Below, piece by piece: positions 28,599 to 36,221 of a stretch of 64,000 nucleotides of DNA; positions within the stretch are counted from its first letter, which is position 1, and every line of letters starts with the position of its first letter. This stretch comes from Candidatus Sericytochromatia bacterium. Its GTDB lineage: Bacteria; Cyanobacteriota; Sericytochromatia; S15B-MN24; VGJW01. The translations under genes and the position numbers were made by a program. The notes below the pieces were generated by a model that saw only the letters and a list, made by a program, of their open reading frames with translations, was not told the origin of the DNA and did no database searches. Location of the stretch: the NCBI GenBank assembly GCA_035285865.1, contig JAYKHS010000003.1, positions 1 through 64,000 on the forward strand. Direction: 5' to 3'.

Positions 28599-29389
28599 CC
28601 GCGACGGCTCCGAGGATCGCGGTCACGGGCCTGCCGCTCGACACGGGCGATGCAGCCTGGGCCGAGGGCGTCGTGCGGGAGCGCCTTCAGGGCAGTACGG
28701 ACTTGCTGCACATCGTCACGATGAATGCCGAGATGGCAATCCAGGCCGCCGACAACGCGTCTCTGGCCGACATCATCCGCGGGGCGGGCCTGGTCCTGCC
28801 CGACGGGTCGGGCGTCGTCTGGGCCGCAGCCCGCCGAGGCCGGCCGGTGCGCAAGATGGCCGGAGTGGGCTTCGTCGAGAGCATCGCCCGAGCATGTGTT
28901 GCCACCAACCGCGGCCTGTACCTGCTCGGGGCGGCGCCGGGTGTCGCTGAGGCCGCGGCCGAGGTCCTGCGGACGCGGCATCCGGAGCTTGCGATCGTCG
29001 GTGTTCGTGATGGTTACTTTTCTGCCGGGGAAGAGACTGCCGTGCTCGAAGAGATCCGCAGGACCGGCGCCGGCGCCCTCCTTGTGGCACTGGGCGTGCC
29101 GCGACAGGAAGTCTGGATCCGGCAGCATGCCGCTGCGCTGGGCGTGCAGGTCGCCATGGGCGTCGGCGGCAGCTTCGACGTCATCTCGGGTCGGCTGCTA
29201 CGGGCCCCGGGCTGGATGATCGCCCTGCACCTCGAGTGGTTGTACCGCCTCGTGCAGGAGCCTTGGCGCTGGAAGCGCATGGCGACCCTCCTGCCGCGCT
29301 TCGTGCGAGCGGCCATCGCCTCGGAGCGGCGTGAACGCTACACTGGACAAGGCGATCCCCGGAGCGGACGGAGGAGCGATCCGGCATGA
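28595..29389 (+). CDS. WecB/TagA/CpsF family glycosyltransferase
   Basis: IVTMNAE, PDGSGVVWA, DGYF, VALGVPRQE, MGVGGSFDVISG, LEWLYRLVQEPWRWKR. Confidence 0.93.
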   Translation: MTATAPRIAVTGLPLDTGDAAWAEGVVRERLQGSTDLLHIVTMNAEMAIQAADNASLADIIRGAGLVLPDGSGVVWAAARRGRPVRKMAGVGFVESIARACVATNRGLYLLGAAPGVAEAAAEVLRTRHPELAIVGVRDGYFSAGEETAVLEEIRRTGAGALLVALGVPRQEVWIRQHAAALGVQVAMGVGGSFDVISGRLLRAPGWMIALHLEWLYRLVQEPWRWKRMATLLPRFVRAAIASERRERYTGQGDPRSGRRSDPA

Positions 29390-30075
29390 TCCGGCTCAAG
29401 CAGGTCAGCAAGATCTACCCCAGCGGCGTCCGGGCCGTCACCGGGGCCAATCTGGATGTCGAAAAAGGCGAATTCGTCTTCCTGGTGGGGCTTTCCGGTG
29501 CTGGCAAGAGCACCCTGCTCAAACTGATGTACCGGGCCGAGACGGCCACGTCCGGATCCGTGCTGGTATCGGGCACGGACATCGGTCGGCTGTCCCGGGG
29601 GCAGCTGCCGACCCTGCGACGGCGCATCGGCGTGGTGTTCCAGGACTACAAGCTACTGCCTCAGCGAACGGTCTTCGAGAACGTCGCCTTCGCCCTGAAG
29701 GTGCTCGGGACCAGCCGCAGCGAAGTGGACAAGCGAACGCGCAGCGCCCTCGATCTGGTCAATCTGAGGGAGTACAGCGACCTGATGCCCGGACAACTCT
29801 CCGGCGGCCAGCAGCAGCGCGTCTGTCTGGCCCGGGCCATCGTCAACACGCCGCCCCTGCTGCTGTGCGATGAACCGACCGGAAACCTCGATCCGGACAC
29901 ATCCTGGGACATCATGCGGCTGCTGACCCGCATCAACCAGCACGGCACCACGGTCCTCGTGGCGACGCACAACAAGACGATCGTCGACTCGATGCGCCGA
30001 CGCGTCGTGGCCCTTGACGGGGGGCGTATCGTGCAGGACATCGCGCGCGGAGGATACCCCGTTGGAGTCGGTTAG
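29386..30075 (+). CDS. ftsE: Cell division ATP-binding protein FtsE
   Basis: GEFVFLVGLSGAGKST, LRRRIGVVFQDYKLL, LSGGQQQRV, DEPTGNLDPDTSWDIM. Confidence 0.95.
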   Translation: MIRLKQVSKIYPSGVRAVTGANLDVEKGEFVFLVGLSGAGKSTLLKLMYRAETATSGSVLVSGTDIGRLSRGQLPTLRRRIGVVFQDYKLLPQRTVFENVAFALKVLGTSRSEVDKRTRSALDLVNLREYSDLMPGQLSGGQQQRVCLARAIVNTPPLLLCDEPTGNLDPDTSWDIMRLLTRINQHGTTVLVATHNKTIVDSMRRRVVALDGGRIVQDIARGGYPVGVG

Positions 30076-30955
30076 GCGCTTCTGGCGACAGGTCGGCTTC
30101 GTCCTCGAGGAGGCCGTGGCCTCCATCAGCCGCCAGGGATGGATGAGCGGCGTCGTCATCCTGACGATGTCCGTGTCGCTGCTGATTCTGGGCGGCATCT
30201 GGCAGCTCTCCGACGACATCTACGGCCTGTCCCGGGCCATTGGCGGCAAGGTCGAGATCATGACCTTCGTGCGCGATGGCTCGGATGCAGCGCGCCTGTC
30301 CGCAGCCATCCGCCAGTTCCCCGGAGTCACGACGACGGTCGTCATCACGCGGGACGAGGCGTGGACGCAGCTGCAGCGTGACATGCGCAGCGAACTGTCC
30401 TTCGAGAACCTGCTGGACGACAACCCTTTGCCCGACACCATCCGGGTCAAGGTCGACGGTCCGGATCAAGTCACGCCCGTAGCCGACCGCATCCGCCAGC
30501 TCGAGGGCGTCGAGGACATCAACTACGGACGGGACCTGCTTGCCAAGCTGCAGCAAATCGCCGCCTTCATCCAGGCGGCGGGTGCCATCATCGTCGGCTG
30601 CCTGCTGGTCGCCACCCTGGCCGTCACGGTCAACACCATCCGCCTGACGGTCCAGACGCGGCGGCGCGAGATCGAGATCATGCAGTTGGTGGGTGCCTCG
30701 AACGGCTTCATACACTGGCCCTTCCTGCTGGAGGGCATGCTCTTCGGAGCGCTGGGCACGCTCCTCTGCAGCCCGTTGCTGGTGTCGTGGCGGACCTTCG
30801 TGATCCAGCGACTGCAGGAACTCTTCCCCTTCGTACCCATCGAGGCCGATTCGCTCGGTACGGTGCGGCTGCTGGCCAACCTGCTGCTGGTGGGCGTGGG
30901 AGTCGGTGCCCTGGGCAGTCTGGTTTCGGTCAAGCGGCACCTGTCTTCGGGCTAG
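30062..30955 (+). CDS. ftsX: Cell division permease FtsX
   Basis: NPLPDTIRVK, NTIRLTVQTRRREIEIMQLVGASNGFIHWPFLLEG; follows ftsE. Confidence 0.93.
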   Translation: MESVRRFWRQVGFVLEEAVASISRQGWMSGVVILTMSVSLLILGGIWQLSDDIYGLSRAIGGKVEIMTFVRDGSDAARLSAAIRQFPGVTTTVVITRDEAWTQLQRDMRSELSFENLLDDNPLPDTIRVKVDGPDQVTPVADRIRQLEGVEDINYGRDLLAKLQQIAAFIQAAGAIIVGCLLVATLAVTVNTIRLTVQTRRREIEIMQLVGASNGFIHWPFLLEGMLFGALGTLLCSPLLVSWRTFVIQRLQELFPFVPIEADSLGTVRLLANLLLVGVGVGALGSLVSVKRHLSSG

Positions 30956-30994
30956 GGCCGAGACCCCGGGCATCCGGCCGGGTAGAACCATGCC

Positions 30995-32008
30995 ATGCGC
31001 AGGGGGCGTGGGGATCAGGGAGGCCAGCCACAGGGTCCCCCGGCCCAGGGCGTGCCGCAGCGCGTCCAACCCCAGCAACTGACCCGCCCCATCAACCCCG
31101 ATAACGTCGGGGACGCGCGCATCGGCCCGGGCGACAGCGTGGTTCAGGCAGCCTATGCGCGGACGCAGGCCGGGACCTCCGACCTGATGCCGGGGCCCCG
31201 CACGCCCCCCGAGATTGGCGACCGCACCGACGCACTGATGCTTCGCAAGACCGCGAAGTGGGCCCGCAGCATCACGTTCACCGTCCAGGGAATCACATGG
31301 CGTGCGGGCTTCGCCCCCGACCTCGTGATGACGCCGGTCGGACAGGCAACGCCCTTCCGCCAACTGGCCGAACAGGAAGCCCATGCCCCGACGGGCGCCA
31401 TCCTGCGTCCCGTCGGTCTCGACCACGAACTGGTCTTCCGGGCGCTGGTGCCCCCTCATCTGCTCGAGCAGGCCGCCCAGATGTTCGGGGAGCCCCCGCG
31501 TCTGGAGCGCATCGCCCTCTATTACTTCCCCAGCGGCGAGGGAGCGACAGCGGGCATCGTGGCCAGTTACGGCCTTCAGGCCACCAGCAGGCCGCATGTG
31601 CTGTATCTGCAGACGAGCATCCGACAGCCCTCGCCCACGGTCCTCGACCAGATCGCGAAGACCTTCGAAGCGGCCATTCCGCGTGCTCGCGAGGCAGCGG
31701 CCCGCCCGGCCACCGGCACCTTCGGCGAAGAGCTGGGCAAGGCGATGACCCGGGTCGAAGCCTCGCTCAGGAACAGCGGCATGGCCCGGCGCGCCCGGGC
31801 CGCTCGAGTCGGGGCGTGGCAGTGGAGCCAACTGGCCGGTCAGGGGGTGGACCAGGCCGTGGGAGCCTTCGACCGGATGGTGCTGGCCATCATGGGCCTG
31901 GGACGGCTGCCGGCCCGTCTGGGCATCGGAATCGTCCGGGCGCTGAGCGGGGCGCTGGTCAGAACCATCGAGTCCGTCGACAAGCCCGGGCCGCCGGGGG
32001 GGCGTTAG
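30995..32008 (+). CDS. Hypothetical protein
   Basis: 337-aa ORF with host-like codon pattern; no family recognised. Confidence 0.65.
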   Translation: MRRGRGDQGGQPQGPPAQGVPQRVQPQQLTRPINPDNVGDARIGPGDSVVQAAYARTQAGTSDLMPGPRTPPEIGDRTDALMLRKTAKWARSITFTVQGITWRAGFAPDLVMTPVGQATPFRQLAEQEAHAPTGAILRPVGLDHELVFRALVPPHLLEQAAQMFGEPPRLERIALYYFPSGEGATAGIVASYGLQATSRPHVLYLQTSIRQPSPTVLDQIAKTFEAAIPRAREAAARPATGTFGEELGKAMTRVEASLRNSGMARRARAARVGAWQWSQLAGQGVDQAVGAFDRMVLAIMGLGRLPARLGIGIVRALSGALVRTIESVDKPGPPGGR

Positions 32009-32079
32009 GGATCCTATCAGAGACGGTTTTGACAGCCCTGTGGAGCGGTGGGGAATTGGCAACGCTGTAGGGTATGACT

Positions 32080-35040
32080 CAGCTGTGCGCCAAGACCAAA
32101 TACCATCAAACGGTAATTGCAAGGCTTCATCGCCACATCAATCTGCGGCCGACTCCTCGCTTTCAGGGAAGCCGGAGTTTGAAGAGTCACATAATGCCTG
32201 CAGGCTTATCAATCACTGGGCAGTAAAGTCATCATCCGAGCAACGTCGCTTGCATCCTTCCACCAACCATCACCAGGGCACCTACCTTCATGGCCGTTAA
32301 GGCATTCAGGTCGCAGCAATGGCGAGCAAGAACAACCGATCACATCAGAGGCCTAGACATTCACCTCGATAAAGAGTCTTTTGAACATAAAATTCTCACG
32401 AACAGGCTAGATGATGTCCTAACCCTGGCAGACAGAGTGCTATGGGGACTCGAAAACAAAAATTCCGCGATCATAAACCTCAGGGAGGCAATTACCGATA
32501 AAAAACCATACGATCTTTCATACACTCTTTTCCATTCCGCAGAAAAATGGATCAAGTACATTGCAAACGTCCTACATAAAGACAAAAGCCATCAAAAAGG
32601 CCTATATAATCTATTCTCAGCAATGATGGCTGTAGATATCTTACCAAAAGAAATGATTAACGCATCAATCAATCCAGATAATGAAATCTGGAAATCCATG
32701 AGCAAATGGGAACGAGGAATACTTATCACGAAAGAAGTGCGCAATGTTGAAGCACATGACCACAGAAGTATTTTCGTTGAATACCGCAACAGATTTCCAA
32801 TTCTGAACGACTATGACCTAGAAACCGCACCTACTGCATTTTTTATAGGATCAGTTATAAAAGAATTCAACCTACTTCAGAACGCTATGTCTGGATTAGT
32901 TCTTAGGGAATTTCATCACGGCAATCGATCCATTGATTCAATGTTAAGGTGCATGCAGTTGGAGAGGCACGAGCACCTGAAACACTTTCAAGGTCGCTCA
33001 AAATTACTCGAGAACCTCCATAGTATTCGGAAATCCGTCGGCCCCCTTGATGAACCCAGAATAATTTTCCTTACCGGACTTGCAGCAAGCGGTAAAAGTG
33101 CCATTATTGCCAAATGGACTGATGAACTATCGTCTTTTGCATCTTCGCACCACGAATCCGAAGATACTGAGTCAAAAGATACTCGATCAAATTGGTCACG
33201 TTCAATATCACAGCAGTTCAGGGAAGAGAGGCCCTGGCTACCTGGATGCCTGATCCATCTTGGCAAGAAGGGGCTAAATGGCGAGGACTTGCTGAGGAGC
33301 CTATTGGTTCAGGCCAGCTCCTTGACAATGGAATTCGACTCAGCGGCAATAACTCAAATTCTTGCGAATAATTGCGAAAAAGAACACCTAAGGAATGAGC
33401 TTTCATCTATGATGTTTGATATTGCAAGAGAAAGAGGGACAATAACAGTTGTAATCGACGCAGCAGACGAAATGCTAGTAAACGACCCACATGCACTATC
33501 ATACCTCCCGTCAGAGCTACCAAGCGGCACACTTCTAGCTATATCTGTTCGCCCAGGAATCGCCTCGGAGCGGCTAAGGAACAGCCTGGACCAAAATCTT
33601 CGGGAACGCATCGAAACGATAGATATAAACTATGCTTCAGCAGATGAGATTGGGGAAATTTTAGAAATAGACGACGATAACCTGCTTTCGCGCTGGGAAA
33701 GACAAACCGGAGGATGTCTATTATCCATTAAGTCAATAAAGAACGACATACTGCATTCCAAAAGCTACGACAACATCATTGGCGAAAAGCCAAAAGGCAT
33801 AATTTTGGCATTCTTGAATGAGTGGAAATCAATAGAATTGCTTCCATTTCTCGCAATACTGTGCATATCACAGGAATACGATAAAATGCTGTCGTGGGAA
33901 ATCGCCATCTCGTGGGCCAAACACTTAAGGAAGACCAATGATCTTAGCAAATACGAGCTAAGAGATGTCCTTTCTGCTGTCTCATCTCAAGTAATCATAG
34001 ACAATGAATCGGGAATATCCCTCTCGCACGCAATGATACAAGAGTACGTAATCCCAAGAAAAATAAACGACATTGATTCCAAGGATTCACATTTCACAAA
34101 AACAGACATAGAGGATCGATTCATAAGGCCTTTTATTGAATTCATAGAAAATTCCCCATCCATGCAAGCCAAGTTCTGGACTGACGGCATCCACCGCGCA
34201 TTGATCTTCAAAGCGGCAGACCTAGAAATGCCAGTGCCGGAGGCATTATTCAACACCATACCAAAGAACTATCAGGCCGAAAAATGCGCCATTAATACCG
34301 CAAGAGAACTAATCGCTAACAAATATCCATCATGCCGAACAACGCCAACAATATACCATAATAACGAAAATATTGACGAGAGCCACCAACTACGCTGCCT
34401 AATAGACGACCACTACAGCATAAATGACGCAATAAGAACAAAATACTGCGTACATTTGCTATTTCCAATAATGGAAAGAAATCCAATCGCATATAGGACG
34501 CTTAGCTTCATATTTAATAAAATAAAAGATGAGCTTAGCATAAAATACAACAATGACCTCGACATACTACAAAAAGAAATTTCAAACAGACTAGAAAACA
34601 GCAGCTGCCTTTTTCATCGCCTAGATCAAACAATATTACTACTTAACTCAAACGAATGCAACGAAAGCGAAGATTCAATCATTAAAAAGATAGAAAATCT
34701 GACACAATCAGAAGGAGTTATTGCAAAAATGATATTTTGCGAACAAATACTGAAAAAAAATCGAAGCAAGGCATTTGAAGACCTAGGCCGAGAACTAAAA
34801 AGCCAACTTCTCCAAGAAGGGTCAATTTGGGCAAAAAACATGAATGAAAACCAAATAAACAGAACAAATATGCAGTAATATCGCAAAATACCGAACAATT
34901 GCAACAATATTTGATTTCAGCCCACGCGCAGACCACATTACACCAAATACGATCTTTACCGGCTTAAGTTTTCACTGAACAGATACTCTCTAGACACCGT
35001 TAGAGGCTACCACCATCTACCTCCGCAGCCTGAAATCGGC
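32080..35040. other. AT-rich horizontally acquired insert (boundaries approximate)
   Basis: Counted GC: 44/60 at 31801-31860 versus 16/60 at 34501-34560. No integrase or transposase seen. Confidence 0.85.
32290..34878 (+). CDS. HEPN-like domain + NACHT/STAND NTPase (candidate NLR-like defence protein)
   Basis: LFHSAEKWIK and RNVEAH (R-x4-H, residues 151-156); FQGRSKLL; Walker A GLAASGKS; Walker B ITVVIDAADE; LPSELPSGTLLAISVRP; winged-helix-like LSHAMIQEYV. Confidence 0.8.
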   Translation: MAVKAFRSQQWRARTTDHIRGLDIHLDKESFEHKILTNRLDDVLTLADRVLWGLENKNSAIINLREAITDKKPYDLSYTLFHSAEKWIKYIANVLHKDKSHQKGLYNLFSAMMAVDILPKEMINASINPDNEIWKSMSKWERGILITKEVRNVEAHDHRSIFVEYRNRFPILNDYDLETAPTAFFIGSVIKEFNLLQNAMSGLVLREFHHGNRSIDSMLRCMQLERHEHLKHFQGRSKLLENLHSIRKSVGPLDEPRIIFLTGLAASGKSAIIAKWTDELSSFASSHHESEDTESKDTRSNWSRSISQQFREERPWLPGCLIHLGKKGLNGEDLLRSLLVQASSLTMEFDSAAITQILANNCEKEHLRNELSSMMFDIARERGTITVVIDAADEMLVNDPHALSYLPSELPSGTLLAISVRPGIASERLRNSLDQNLRERIETIDINYASADEIGEILEIDDDNLLSRWERQTGGCLLSIKSIKNDILHSKSYDNIIGEKPKGIILAFLNEWKSIELLPFLAILCISQEYDKMLSWEIAISWAKHLRKTNDLSKYELRDVLSAVSSQVIIDNESGISLSHAMIQEYVIPRKINDIDSKDSHFTKTDIEDRFIRPFIEFIENSPSMQAKFWTDGIHRALIFKAADLEMPVPEALFNTIPKNYQAEKCAINTARELIANKYPSCRTTPTIYHNNENIDESHQLRCLIDDHYSINDAIRTKYCVHLLFPIMERNPIAYRTLSFIFNKIKDELSIKYNNDLDILQKEISNRLENSSCLFHRLDQTILLLNSNECNESEDSIIKKIENLTQSEGVIAKMIFCEQILKKNRSKAFEDLGRELKSQLLQEGSIWAKNMNENQINRTNMQ

Positions 35041-35060
35041 CTAGCAAAACGCGCTGGCAA

Positions 35061-35269
35061 GCTGGGGGCAGGGCTAGGAGGGCTGCCGAAGGTCGAGATC
35101 GACAGGTCCGGTCGGTCTCGCGGCAACGGGGCAGGCGTGTTGCCCCCCGGGCCCGCAAGCCCTCACGAGAATGGAAGGACTGCCTTTGAAGGCGCTGGAG
35201 CTACTGGCGGAAGACCTGCTGGAAATCACCGCACCTGCCGATCTGGACGTCTTGCTGGACCGTCCCTGA
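35061..35269 (+). pseudogene. Decayed DUF4351 / Rpn-family C-terminal fragment
   Basis: AEGRDRQVRSVSRQRGRRV, then a frameshift near the C-run at about 35143-35154, then MEGLPLKALELLAEDLLEITAPADLDVLL (35171-35269). Confidence 0.55.
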
Positions 35270-35355
35270 CGGATCGGTCACGGGTTCATCTCGGGAAGAC
35301 ATTCGAGCCTCTCGAGCGGACGCGGAATCTGCTTCTGCTGCCCCCGCCCCGGCCG

Positions 35356-35901
35356 TCAGCCTCCGTGCACCGCTCCCGCCGACGAAGTCATCCGCGGGAC
35401 CCAGAGGTCCTGATGCCGTGCCTCGATCGCCAGCTCCAGGCCCCAGCGGATGGACGGGAACGCCAACTCCTCCCACGGAATCTCCTCCCAAGGACACATC
35501 ACGACCTCGAGGCTCTCCTCGCCTGCAGCGTGCGTGGCCTCGCGCATGCGCGCCTCGTACAACAGATGGACCTGGCCACGCTGCGGCACGCTGTAGACCC
35601 CGAGCAGGCGGTGCACGTCGACCGAGACGCCAGCTTCCTCGTAGGCCTCCCGCGCGGCGCCGTCCTCGGCAGTCTCGCCGAGTTCCATGAAGCCGGCGGG
35701 GAAGGTCCAGAACCCGATGCGCGGGGGAATGGCCCGCCTGCAGAGCACCAGTTTGCCCCCATCATGACAGACGGCCCCGACCACGATCCGGGGATTCTCG
35801 TAGTGGATGGAACTGCACGCCGGGCAGACCGCCCGCGGACGGTTGTCGCCTGCAGGCACCTCGCGGCGCACCCGGGCACCGCAACCGGGACAATGATTCA
35901 C
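35356..35901 (-). CDS. NUDIX hydrolase with N-terminal zinc ribbon
   Basis: CPGCG..CPAC..HYENP; PAGFMELGETAEDGAAREAYEEAG Nudix box. Confidence 0.93.
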   Translation of the reverse strand: MNHCPGCGARVRREVPAGDNRPRAVCPACSSIHYENPRIVVGAVCHDGGKLVLCRRAIPPRIGFWTFPAGFMELGETAEDGAAREAYEEAGVSVDVHRLLGVYSVPQRGQVHLLYEARMREATHAAGEESLEVVMCPWEEIPWEELAFPSIRWGLELAIEARHQDLWVPRMTSSAGAVHGG

Positions 35902-36091
35902 GAGGAGATCGTACCCGCGCGAAAGCGCCTTGCCCAGGCTTTTCCACCACCACCGGGCAAGCGTCCACAAGCCCCGACTTCCCCCAAGTAACCCACTCGA
36001 TTTCCTCCGGATTTCCCCCGCGACATCATCAGTTGTTCACCGAAAAATGCGACTTATGCACTTGACCACTTTTTCGGACTGTGCGGTCTGG

Positions 36092-36150
36092 ACAGCACAT
36101 CTAGCGGCCGATAGTGTCTTAACGAGCCCGTGTCACGCTAGATATGGGCA
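36092..36150 (+). promoter_or_regulatory. Tandem NrdR boxes
   Basis: ACAGCACATCTAGCGG (36092-36107) and ACGCTAGATATGGGCA (36135-36150) resemble acaCwAtATaTwGtgt, upstream of nrdJ. Confidence 0.75.
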
Positions 36151-36221
36151 CCATCCGTTTCCCCTTCGCTCGCCCGACGCCCCGGCCCACCCAAGGCCGC
36201 TGCGCCACTCCAAGGAGTCCC

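Noticed and set aside
32005..32042. TTAGGGATCCTATCAGAGACGGTTTTGACAGCCCTG as a possible IS end or att site
   Set aside because: No matching repeat found at the right flank and no transposase or integrase nearby.
29933..32122. 729-aa minus-strand ORF
   Set aside because: Shadow of ftsX and the next gene; Arg/Gly-rich with no domain.
32040..32300. 86-aa ORF upstream of the HEPN-NACHT gene as a partner or antitoxin
   Set aside because: No RBS or motif; cannot be supported, though not excluded.
35940..36220. Cobalamin riboswitch before nrdJ
   Set aside because: No B12-box or conserved core recognised; NrdR boxes explain the region.
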